DNA from: Mustelus asterias
Taxonomy: Eukaryota
Assembly (NCBI RefSeq): GCF_964213995.1
Contig: NC_135826.1
Coordinates: 41,850,001 to 41,914,000 of the forward strand
DNA length: 64,000 nucleotides
Direction of reading: 5' to 3'
A model generated the notes under the pieces. The model was not told where the DNA came from. It searched no databases and worked only from the letters and a program-made list of their open reading frames with translations. Both the position numbers and the translations under genes were made by a program. Positions 24,501-36,500 of this stretch are shown here, in pieces. Position 1 is the stretch's first letter; each line of letters opens with the position of its first letter.

Positions 24501-27500
24501 TTACTCCCAATCCACAGCCCAGTTACTCCCAATCCACAGCCCAGTTACTCCCAATCCACAGCCCAGTTACTCCCAATCCACAGCCCAGTTACTCCCAATC
24601 CACAGCCCAGTTACTCCCAATCCACAGCCCAGTTACTCCCAATCCACAGCCCAGTTACTCCCAATCCACAGCCCAGTTACTCCCAATCCACAGCCCAGTT
24701 ACTCCCAATCCACAGCCCAGTTACTCCCAATCCACAGCCCAATTACTCCCAATCCACACCCCAGTTACTCCCAATCCACAGCCCAGTTACTCCTGTAATG
24801 ACGTCAATCAGGCCATTGCGGTTGGTCTATTGGAATATGAGCTCCCTGATTAAGGAGTCAATTGATGGGCCAATCAGGGAGTCTTTTCCTTGTATTTAAC
24901 CGGGAGTGTCAGTTCCTCTGGCACTCCCGAGGGTAGACTGCTGACTGCGAGCACTCTGAGTACTGCTGTTGGAATTGTAAATAAAGGGATTTTGATGAAG
25001 GGACTTCTGCCTCCAAAGACTTATTACACCTCCCAATCCACTCCACATCCAGTCCCCACCCACTCCCTGTCCACTCTACATTTACTCCAGATTCACTCTG
25101 CACTCACTCCATATTCACCTGGGCAGCACGGCGGCACAGTGGTTAGCACTGCCGCCTCACAGCGCCAGGGACCCGGATTCAATTCCCAGCTTGGGTCACT
25201 GTCTGTACGGAGTCTGCACGTTCTCCCCGTGTCTGCGTGGGTTTCCTCCGGGTGCTCCGGTTTCCTCCCACAGTCCGAAAGACGTGCTGGTTAGGTGCAT
25301 TAGCCATGCTAAATTCTCCCTCAGTGTACCCGAACAGGTGCCGGAGTGTGACGACTAGGGGATTTTCACAGTAACTTCATTAAGTGTTAATGTCAGCATT
25401 ACTTGTGACTAATAAATAAACTTTACATCCAGCTCCACACTCCTTCCACATTCCCTCCAGATGCATATTGTATTCCGGCGAAGGGGGCATTTAGAACACT
25501 TAGAATCCCTACAGTACAGAAGGCGGCCATTCAGCCCATTGAGTCTGCACCACCTCTTACCTAGATTTACCCCATAGCCTTACATATTTACCCCACTAAT
25601 CCCCCCAACCCAAATATCTTGGGATACTAAAGGGCAATTTAGCATGGACAATCCACCTAACCCGCACATCTTTGGAGTGTGGGAGGAAACCGGAGCACCC
25701 GGAGGAAACCCACGCAGACACGGGGAGAAAGTGCAAACTGACAGTGACCCGAGGCCGGAATCGAACCTGGGTCCCTGGCGCTGTGAGGCAGCAGTGCTAA
25801 CCACTGTGCCACCGTGCCGCCCACATTGAGCTGGGTAGGATTGGGGGGGGCTGCAGTGATAATACAAATGAGCTCATAATCCGGGGACCTGGGTTAATGT
25901 TCTGGGGACACGGTTCAAATCCTACCATGGCAGCTGGTGGAATTTAAATTTACTTTCAAAATCTGGAATATAAAGGTTGTACAAATATTATTGATTGTCA
26001 TAAAACCCATCTGGGTCACTAATGCCCTTTAGGGAAGGAAATTTGGTGTCCTTACCTGGTCTGGCTGACATGTGACAGTAAGTAGTCTCATAACACCAGG
26101 TTAAAGTCCAACAGGTTTATTTGGCAGCACGAGCTTTCGGAGCGTTGCTCCTTCATCAGGTGACTGAAGAGTTGTGTTCACAAACAGGGCAGACACAGAC
26201 ACAGACTCAACTTACAAGATAATGGTTGGAATGCGAGTCTTTACAGGTAATCAAGTCTCCACAGGTACAGACAATCTGAGTGGAGAGAGGGCCAAGCACA
26301 GGCCAAAGAGGCATGAACCGTCTCAAGCCAGGACAGTTGGTGAGATTCTGCACGCCCAGGCAAGTCATGGGGGTCACAGATAGTGTGACACAAACACGAC
26401 TTTGTCTATCTGATACGCTGCGGGAGGGAATGACCCGGGGGCATGGTGCACATGGGAGACCATGCAGACGCTGCGACAACGGATGAATGAACACCGCTCG
26501 ACAATCACCAGGCAGGAGTGTTCCTTTCCTGTTGGGGAGCACTTCAGGAGTCACGGGCATTCAGCCCCTGATCTTCGGGTAAGCATTCTCCAAGGTGGCC
26601 TTCACGACACACGACAGCGCAGAGTCACTGAGCGGAGGCTGGTGGCCGGGTTCCGCACACATGGGGACGGCCTCGACCGGGATCTTGGGTTCATGTCGCA
26701 CTATCTGTGACCCCCATGACTTGCCTGGGCGTGCAAAATCTCACCAACTGTCCTGGCTTGAGACGGTTCATGCCTCTTTGGCCTGTGCTTGGCCCTCTCT
26801 CCACTCAGATTGTCTGTATCTGTGGAGACTCGCATTCCAACCATTATCTTGTAAGTTGAGTCTGTGACTGTGTATGCCCTGTTTGTGAACACAATTCTTC
26901 ACTCACCTGAAGAAAGAGCAGCGCTCCGAAAGCTCGTGCTACCAAATAAACCTGTTGGACTTTAACCTGGTGTTGTGAGACATTTTACTGTGCCCACCCC
27001 AGTCCAACGCCGGCATCTCCACATCATGGCTACACGTGACTCCAGACCTCTTTAGTGTCCTATGAAATATTCACTTTGAGGGCAATTAATGATGGGCAAC
27101 AAATGCTGGCTTTGCCCACATTTCACGAAAGAATAAAAGAAAGAAAAACTCCACATCCATTCGCTGTAGTCTCACTTTCCTGAAGTTTATTCCGTCACTC
27201 ATTGGCGATCATGCAGCCTTGGACATTTGGTGTAAACACAGTAAGAAGTTTAACAACACCAGGTTAAAGTCCAACAGGTTTATTTGGTAGCAAAAGCCAC
27301 CAAGCTTTCGAGGCTCTAAGCCCCTTCTTCAGGTGAGTGGGAATTCTGTTCACAAACAGAACTTATAAAGACACAGACTCAATTTACATGAATAATGGTT
27401 GGAATGCGAATACTTACAACTAATCCAGTCTTTAAGAAACAAAACAATGGGAGTGGAGAGAGCATCAAGACAGGCTAAAAAGATGTGTATTGTCTCCAGA

Positions 27501-30500
27501 CAAGACAGCCAGTGAAACTCTGCAGGTCCACGCAACTGTGGGAGTAACAAATAGTGTGACATAAACCCAATATCCCGGTTGAGGCCGTCCTTGTGTGTGC
27601 GGAACTTGGCTATCAGTTTCTGCTCAGCGACTCTGCGCTGTCGTGTGTCGCGAAGGCCGCCTTGGAGAACGCTTACCCGAATATCAGAGGCCGAATGCCC
27701 GTGACCGCTGAAGTGCTCCCCAACAGGAAGAGAACAGTCTTGCCTGGTGATTGTCGAGCGGTGTTCATTCATCCGTTGTCGCAGCGTCTGCATAGTTTCC
27801 CCAATGTACCATGCCTCGGGACATCCTTTCTTGCAGCGTATCAGGTAGACAACGTTGGCCGAGTTGCAAGAGTATGTACCGTGTACCTGGTGGATGGTGT
27901 TCTCACGTGAGATGATGGCATCTGTGTCGATGATCCGGCACGTCTTGCAGAGGTTGCTGTGGCAGGGTTGTGTGGTGTGGTGGTCACTGTTCTCCTGAAG
28001 GCTGGGTAGTTTGCTGCGGACAATGGTCTGTTTGAGGTTGTGCGGTTGTTTGAAGGCAAGAAGTGGGGGTGTGGGGATGGCCTTGGCGAGATGTTCGTCT
28101 TCATCAATGACATGTTGAAGGCTCCGGAGGAGATGCCGTAGCTTCTCCGCTCCGGGGAAGTACTGGACAACGAAGGGTATTCTGTCCACTGTGTCCCGTG
28201 TTTGTCTTCTGAGGAGGTCGGTGCGGTTTTTCGCTGTGGACACAGTGGACAGAGTACCCTTCGTTGTCCAGTACTTCCCCGGAGCGGAGAAGCTACGGCA
28301 TCTCCTCCGGAGCCTTCAACATGTCATTGATGAAGACGAACATCTCGCCAAGACCATCCCCACACCCCCACTTCTTGCCTTCAAACAACCGCACAACCTC
28401 AAACAGACCATTGTCCGCAGCAAACTACCCAGCCTTCAGGAGAACAGTGACCAAGACACCACACAACCCTGCCACAGCAACCTCTGCAAGACGTGCCGGA
28501 TCATCGACACAGATGCCATCATCTCACGTGAGAACACCATCCACCAGGTACACGGTACATACTCTTGCAACTCGGCCAACGTTGTCTACCTGATACGCTG
28601 CAAGAAAGGATGTCCCGAGGCATGGTACATTGGGGAAACTATGCAGACGCTGCGACAACGGATGAATGAACACCGCTCGACAATCACCAGGCAAGACTGT
28701 TCTCTTCCTGTTGGGGAGCACTTCAGCGGTCATGGGCATTCGGCCTCTGATATTCGGGTAAGCGTTCTCCAAGGCGGCCTTCGCGACACACGACAGCGCA
28801 GAGTCGCTGAGCAGAAACTGATAGCCAAGTTCCGCACACACAAGGACGGCCTCAACCGGGATATTGGGTTTATGTCACACTATTTGTAACTCCCACAGTT
28901 GCGTGGACCTGCAGAGTTTCACTGGCTGTCTTGTCTGGAGACAATACACATCTTTTTAGCCTGTCTTGATGCTCTCTCCACTCCCATTGTTTTGTTTCTT
29001 AAAGACTGGATTAGTTGTAAGTATTCGCATTCCAACCATTATTCATGTAAATTGAGTCTGTGTCTTTATAAGTTCTGTTTGTGAACAGAATTCCCACTCA
29101 CCTGAAGAAGGGGCTTAGAGCCTCGAAAGCTTGTGTGGCTTTTGCTACCAAATAAACCTGTTGGACTTTAACCTGGTGTTGTTAAACTTCTTACTGTGTT
29201 TACCCCAGTCCAACGCCGGCATCTCCACATCATTTGGTGTAAAACAGCCCCACCTGGTGTCAGGAGCAGGAAATGCTGGAATGGCACAGCGGCTCAAGAG
29301 TTTGGAGTGGTCAAATGAGGAGACACTGTCTCCAGTGGCAGCAGGGTCGGTGAACAGAGGGACACAGGTTTAAGGGGATTGGCAAAAAGAACCAGAGGAG
29401 GAGATGAGGAGAATTTTTGAACGCAGCGAGTTGTTGTGATCCGCTGAAAAGGGCGTTCAACAGTAACTTTCGCAAGGAAATTGGAGAAATACTTGGAGGG
29501 GAAAGAAATACAGGCCCAATGAGGAAAGAGCAGAGTGGGAAAAAAGTTAAAGTTTATTTATTAGTGACACAAGTAAGGCTTACATTAACACTGCAGTGAA
29601 GTCACTGTGAAATTCCCCGAGTCGCCACACTCCGGCACCTGTTCGGGTCCAATGCACCTAAACCAGCACGTCTTTCAGACTGTGGGAGGAAACCGGAGCA
29701 CCCTGAGGAAACCCACGCAGACATGGGAAGAACGTGCAGACTCCTCGCAGATCCAAGCTGGGAATCGAACCCAGGTCCCTGGTGCTGTGAGGCAGCGGTG
29801 CTAACCACTGTACCGCCCCCTACTAACTTTATGTAGTTTTTACTCGTCTTTAGTTTAGAAAGGCATCATGTGGCTTCCAAAACCCTCCAAAGATGTATAG
29901 ATTAGGTGGATTGGCAATACTAAATTGCCCCTTAGTGTCAGGGGGACTAGCTAGGGGTTATAGGGATAGAGCCTGGGTGGGATTGTGGTCAAATGGCCTC
30001 CTTCTGCACTGTAGGAATTCTATGATCTCTGTGTCGGCGTAGAGTTGGTGGGCCGAAGGGCCTGTTCCTGTGCTGTACTGTTCTTTGTTCTAACTAGAAA
30101 GCTCTTTCAAAAGGCAGAGAGAGAGATAAAAATTCACAATTTTAACTGTCCTGGGTTTTCCTCCAGTTTAGAAAGGACACTTTACCAGTAATGATTTGGA
30201 AAAGCAGCAAGCAGCATTGGGAAGGCCTCATGCACGGATTTGTTATAGGCGGATATATTTCTAGCCAGAAACATCACGAACCCGGGATATTTGGAGGAAA
30301 ATGTTCTGCCTCCAGAGAATAAAATTCCTAAAGTTTGTAACAGACTGTGAACCCCATCAGTAGTGCAGAACGAAGGCTTTGAACATTCAAACATTCACCA
30401 AAATGATTTGTCATCAAGGGATCTGGCCCCTGAAATGCTTTTGTGACACTCGTCCGGGTATAATGTTTAAAGGGACCGGTTATTGATGCATTGGCTGTGC

Positions 30501-33500
30501 CTGGTTTCGAAACTGACCAACCAACCGGGTTAAAATGGACAGGGATTGTTAGAGGATACGGCAAGATATCGATAGGCTGGAGACTTGGGCAGAGAAATGG
30601 CAGATGGAGTTTAATCCAGACAAATGTGAGGTGATGCATTTTGGAAGATCAAATTCAGACGTGAATTATACTGTAAATGGCAGAATCCTTAGGAACATTA
30701 ACATACAGAGGGATCTGGGCGTACAGAACCCCAGCAGGGATCTGTACATAGGGCGGCACTGCTGTCTCACACCGCCAGGGGCCCGGGGTTCGATTCCCGG
30801 CTTGAGTCACTGTCTGTGCGGAGTCTGCACTTTCTCCCTGTGTCTGCGTGGGTTTCCTTCAGGTGCTCCGGTTTCCTCACACAGTCCAAAAGACGTGCTG
30901 GTTAGGTGCATTGGCCATGCTAAATTCTCGCTCGGTGTACCTGAACAAGCGCCAGAGTGTGGCAACTAGGGGATTTTCACAGTAACTTCATTGCAGTGTT
31001 AATGTAAGCCTACTTTACTTGTGACACTAATAAATAAACTTTAAAAGTTACAGGTCCTCGATACCCTGAAAGTGGCAACACAGGTGGTTAAGATAGTCCA
31101 GAAGGCATGTTTGCCTTCATTGGCCGGGGCAGAGTATAAAAGTTGGGAAATCATGTTGCAGCTTTATAAAACCTTGGTTAGGCCGCATTTGGAGTATTGC
31201 GTGCATTTCTGGTCACCACACGACTAGAAGGACGTGGATGCTTTGGAGATAGTGCAAAGAAGGTTCACCAGGGTGTTGCCTGGTCTCGAGGGTGTTGACT
31301 ACGAGGAGAGTTTGGGTAAACTTGAATTATTTTCACTGGAAAGACAAAGGCTGAGGGAAGACCTGATAGAAGTCTACAAAATTATGTGAGGCATAGACAG
31401 GGTGGGCAGAAGCTTTTTCCCAGGGTGGTAGTGTCAGTTACAAGGAGGCACAGGTTTAAGGTGAGGGGGGAAAGTTCAGGGGAGACGTGCAGGGAATGTT
31501 TTTCACACAGAGGGTGGTGGGTGCCTGGAATGCGCTGCTGGAGGTGGTGGTGGAAGCAGGAACATTAACAATGTTCAAGATGCATCTTGATAGACACATG
31601 AATGGGAGGCGAACAGTGGGATAGAAACAGTGTATCGGCACAGGCTTGATGGGCCGAAGGGCCTGTTCCTGTGCGGTATTCTATGCTCTTTTTTTCTGTT
31701 TTTTGGAATAAAAACCATGATGCTGCACAGGTATTCGGTCCACAATACAAACCGTTCTGTCACAGATGGCTTGTACAACAATAACTTACTGCAGTGGGTG
31801 CAGTTTTAAGTCCCGGTTTTCACTGAGCACGAGATATTTCTGCAATTTGTCCAAGATCTCACGCTGTCATAACTTTCAGATTACTATTAGAGATCATGTT
31901 CAAAGAGCCAACACCACAGACACAGCGGGCTGAATGGCCTCCTGTGGTGTATAATTTTATGATTCTATGCAGGTCAAGAGCTTCATGTTTTTAGGTGTCC
32001 AGGTCACCAACAGCCTGTTCTGGTCCCCCCCATGCCGACACTATAGTTAAGAAAGCCCACCAACGCCTCTACTTTCTCAAAAGACTAAGGAAATTTGGCA
32101 TGTCAGCTACGACTCTCACCAACTTTGACAGACGCACCATAGAAAGCATTCTTTCTGGTTGTATCACAGCTTGGTATGGCTCCTGCTCTGCCCAAGACCG
32201 CAAAGAACTACAAAAGGTTGTGAATGTAGCCCAATCCATCACGCAAACCAGCCTCCCATCCATTGACTCTGTCTACACTTCCCGTTGCCTCGGCAAAGCA
32301 GCCAGCATAATTAAGGACCCCACACACCCCGGACATTCTCTCTTCCACCTTCTTCCTTCGGGTAAAAGATACAAAAGTCTGAGGTCACATACCAACCGAC
32401 TCAAGAACAGCTTCTTCCCTGCTGCTGTCAGACTTTTGAATGGACTTACCTTGCACTAAGTTGATCTTTCTCTACACCCTAGCTATGACTGTAACACTAC
32501 ATTCTGCATTCTCTCGTTTCCTTCTCTGTGAATGGTATGCTTTGTCTGTATAACACGCAAGAAACAATACTTTTCACTGTATGTTAATACATGTGACAAT
32601 AATAAATCAAATCAAATTAAAAGACTCTTCATCGGAACGGTGTGAATCCCTACCTGTGTGTAAAACACATTCTCTTGGCTTTATGAAGCCCGCTTTATAA
32701 TCTCGAAGTGTATATAACAGAGATACTCACACTCCACAGCCACCTGAGCTCTCAGTCTCACTTCACCCAGTTCATTCTCCACCACACACTCGTACAGTCC
32801 CTGGTCATCCGGTGTCAGAGAATCGATTCTCAGCTCCGACTTCCCTCGCGAGCTGGAAATGTTCCACCTCCGCTGCTTGCTGGGGTCTGTCCTTCCCCAG
32901 GTGATGTTGGGTTCAGGGTTGGCATCTCCTTGGCAGGTTAATGCCAGCGTCTCGCTCTCCCTGGCACTGCCCCCACCGTCAATGGAAACGTTCCGGGGAC
33001 CGTCTGGAAAATCAGGAAACAAACCTTAGCTCATCATAAAATCCTGCTGTATTGACTACCTGGGGAACAGGGAATCAGAGATAGGGGCATTTAAAAAGGA
33101 AGGTTCTGGAGCTTGTTAGTTAACCTTACTCACATGGAACAAGAGAAGATATGAGGAATGATAAAACCCCCTTAACCGTAACCATATGGTGGGATGGGAT
33201 ATAAAGGAAGACGTAATGGGAGCTTGTTAGAAAGTGTAATAACACAGGAAACCCGACTAGATAGGAACATCATTTATTGACAGAATGGAAAGTAAAGCCA
33301 CATCCACAGTGTACACACACAATTGTCCCTGCCTGGGACTACAGTTCAGCAGGCCCAGTCCCAGGCCTGCCTTATAAAAGGCCCAGGTAATGAGTTTCTT
33401 TTAAAGTTTAATAAATTAGTCACAAGTTAGGCTTGCATTAACACTGCAATGAAGTTACTGTGAAAATCCCCTAGTCGCCACACTCCGGCGCCTGTTCGGG

Positions 33501-36500
33501 TACATTGAGGGGTAATTGAGCACAGCCAATGCACCCTAACCAGCACGCCTTTTGGGCTGTGGGAGGAAACCCACGCAGACACAGGGAGAACGTGCAAACT
33601 CCACACAGAGAGTGACCCAAGCCGGGAATCGAACCCGAATTCCTGGCAAGAATGCTAACCCACTGTGTTGCCCCAGCTGGGCAGGTCACTGCCTGTTATC
33701 AGGGGACCTCATACTCAACAAGCCCCAGAGGGAGGTCAATCAGTGATTCCCCATGGACATTGTGGCGGTTATCAAACTGCCAACATCTTCCCCCTACACC
33801 GAGTGTGAGGGTCTCCCCTCACTCCCATGCCGATGGCGACTTCTCTGTCTCTTCTCTTTGGCATCCTTTCCATTGTTGGGGTCTGGTCGAGGTGGGGAAG
33901 TGGGGGGGGGGGGGTAACGGATTGGGAAACATCTCTTTCCTGCAGAGCGCTGAAGAGCCACTGTGGAGGGCTTTCCTTAGTGGCGACTCGGACTGGGTTT
34001 CTGCCGCCTCTGTCATATCGGAACCAGAATCATCAGCATCCGGAGGCTGGCTCTTGGTGTTATTGAGTGTGGAATGTCCTGACCGCAGGCCAGAGTAAGG
34101 GACACCGACGTAATGGTAGAACCCGCTGCCTCTGTGGAGGGTTCCCTGTGACGGAGATGATCGATGTGTTTTTTGGAAGGTCTTCTCTCTACTTTGTACC
34201 CGATATGACACCGCTCTAGTTTTTTTTTCCAAGAATCATTCTGGAATCCACAGAGAGCCGTCACCAAAATTCCTCATGTGGACCATAACTCCCGGCCCGA
34301 AGACTGTAACCGGTCTGTGAGCATCGTGGGCCCCTTTTCTGGGCTTCTCCTTTCAACCAAACTTCTCTGCCCAAATTTGGGAACATCAGTTTAAGCCTAG
34401 TCCAAACCTGTCAGCCATCAATAGCTTCACCAGGGCTATTCCTGTCGTCAAAAGGACATGGGTCAGGAAGCAGGAGAGGGGATTCACAAAGTCTCCTGTC
34501 ACTAATGAGACTGAAATCTAATTAATACATGAAATAAGAACACCTTTACGATGTACTTTGAAACACAGAATTTCTTAGTTATATTGTATACTATACGATG
34601 ATCTATAATATCTGAATTTTAGCAATCATACTAATTACAATGCTGAAGTTTAAAGTTTTATTAGTGTCACAAGTAAGGCTTACATTAACACTGCAAGGAA
34701 GTTACTGTGAAAATCTCCTAGTCGCCACACTCTGGCGCCTGTTCGGGTCAACGCACCTAACCAGCACGTCTTTCAGATTGTGGGGGGAAACTGGAGCACC
34801 CGGAGGAAACCCACGCAGATATGGGGAGAACATGCAGACTCCACACAGACAGTGACCCAAGTCAGGAATCGAACCCGGGTCCCTGGTGCTGTGAGGCTGC
34901 AGTGCTAACCACTGTGCCAGCGTGCCGCCCGCAATGTTACTAATGCTGCATGGTTGGTGGTTTTTTATTGGTCACGGGTCACGTACATTTTCAAATGTTA
35001 AAACAGGGTCATGTTGGAACATCTTTTGGGAACCACTGCCCCAAGGAGACGCCCACATAATGTTAGCAACTCCAGGTAAGTGTCAGGGAGAATTCAGTAA
35101 AAAACCCCCAAGTGATTGATTCTATTCTGTTGCGTTGGCTGCAAAAGGAACCTGTTATTCTGGAAATCCTACAAGAAAACGTTGAAAAGGAGTTGGGCCT
35201 TTGCCTCAGTAATCAAGCTGTGTCGTTTGGTAACCGATATGTCTGTTCAATTCTAATTCCTGGGGCAAAGCCCGCCCACATATTCTCTCCAAGAAAAATC
35301 CAATTTCCTGTTTAAAGACATTGATGCGACAACTGCAATGCATCGTCCCTTTCTGGAGGACTGAGGGTTCCCTTCACTCCTCACTGGGAGGGCCCTGTAA
35401 GCAAAATGGATTATCCAGTCATCCGGAATGTTAAAAAGGACATTGGATAAATATTCGTAAAGGAGAATATTTGTATGGCTTTGAGGAAAGGCAGAGGAAG
35501 TGGATCTAATTGGACGGTTCTTTCAAAGAGGCAGCACAGGCACAGTGGGCTGAATAGCCTCCTTTCGCATTGTAATGCTCGCTATTTCTAAACAGAGTCT
35601 TTATTGGAATGGAGTAAACCCCCATTTGTGTGTTAGCCTGTGTGTAAAACACATTCTCTTGGCTTTATGAAGCCCCCTTTATAATCTCGAAGTGTATATA
35701 ACAGAGATACTCACACTCCACAGCCACCTGAGCTCTCAGTCTCACTTCACCCAGTTCATTCTCCACCACACACTCGTACAGTCCCTGGTCATCAGGTGTC
35801 AGAGAATCGATTCTCAGCTCCGACTTCCCTCGCGAGCTGGAAATGTTCCACCTCCGCTGCTTGCTGGGGTCTGTCCTTCCCCAGGTGATGTTGGGTTCAG
35901 GGTTGGCATCTCCTTGGCAGGTTAATGCCAGCGTCTCGCTCTCCCTGGCACTGCCCCCACCATCAATGGAAACGTTCCGGGGACCGTCTGGAAAATCAGG
36001 AAACAAACCTTAGCTCATTGGAAAGCCCTGCTGTCACGTATCCTAGTGATGGCCTCATGGTATTATCGCTAGACTATTAATCCAGAAACTCAGCTCATGT
36101 TCTGGGGACCCGGGGTTCGAATCCCGCCACGGCAGATGTTGGAATTTGAATTCAATAAAAAATATCTGGAATTAAGAATCTACTGATGACCATGAAACCA
36201 TTGTCGATTGTCGGAAAAACCTATCTGGGTCACTAATGTCCTTTCGGGAAGGAAATCTGCTGTCCTTACCTGGTCTGGCCTACATATGACTCCAGAGCCA
36301 CAGCAATGTAGTTGACTCTCAACTGCCCTCATGCAACTAGGGATGGACAGTAAATGCTGGCCAGCCAGCGACGCCCATGTCCCACAAATGAATATTAAAA
36401 AGTCCTGACTCACAGCATTTCCCACATGCCCAGCACCCACCGGCTCCTAACTCTGTTTCCCTTTGAAACTCGATCAAGGGCCTGTAAAAAAAGAAAAGTC

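Noticed and set aside
24370-24793. MAdCAM-type mucin exon
   Set aside because: The 22-bp unit is not a multiple of 3 and brings in stops on the minus strand; no splice sites.
32681-32730. Secreted isoform by read-through of the D4a/D4b donors (CEYLCYIHFEIIKxAS-stop)
   Set aside because: Possible, but the donors are consensus and the shared intron sequence is explained by duplication; no independent support.
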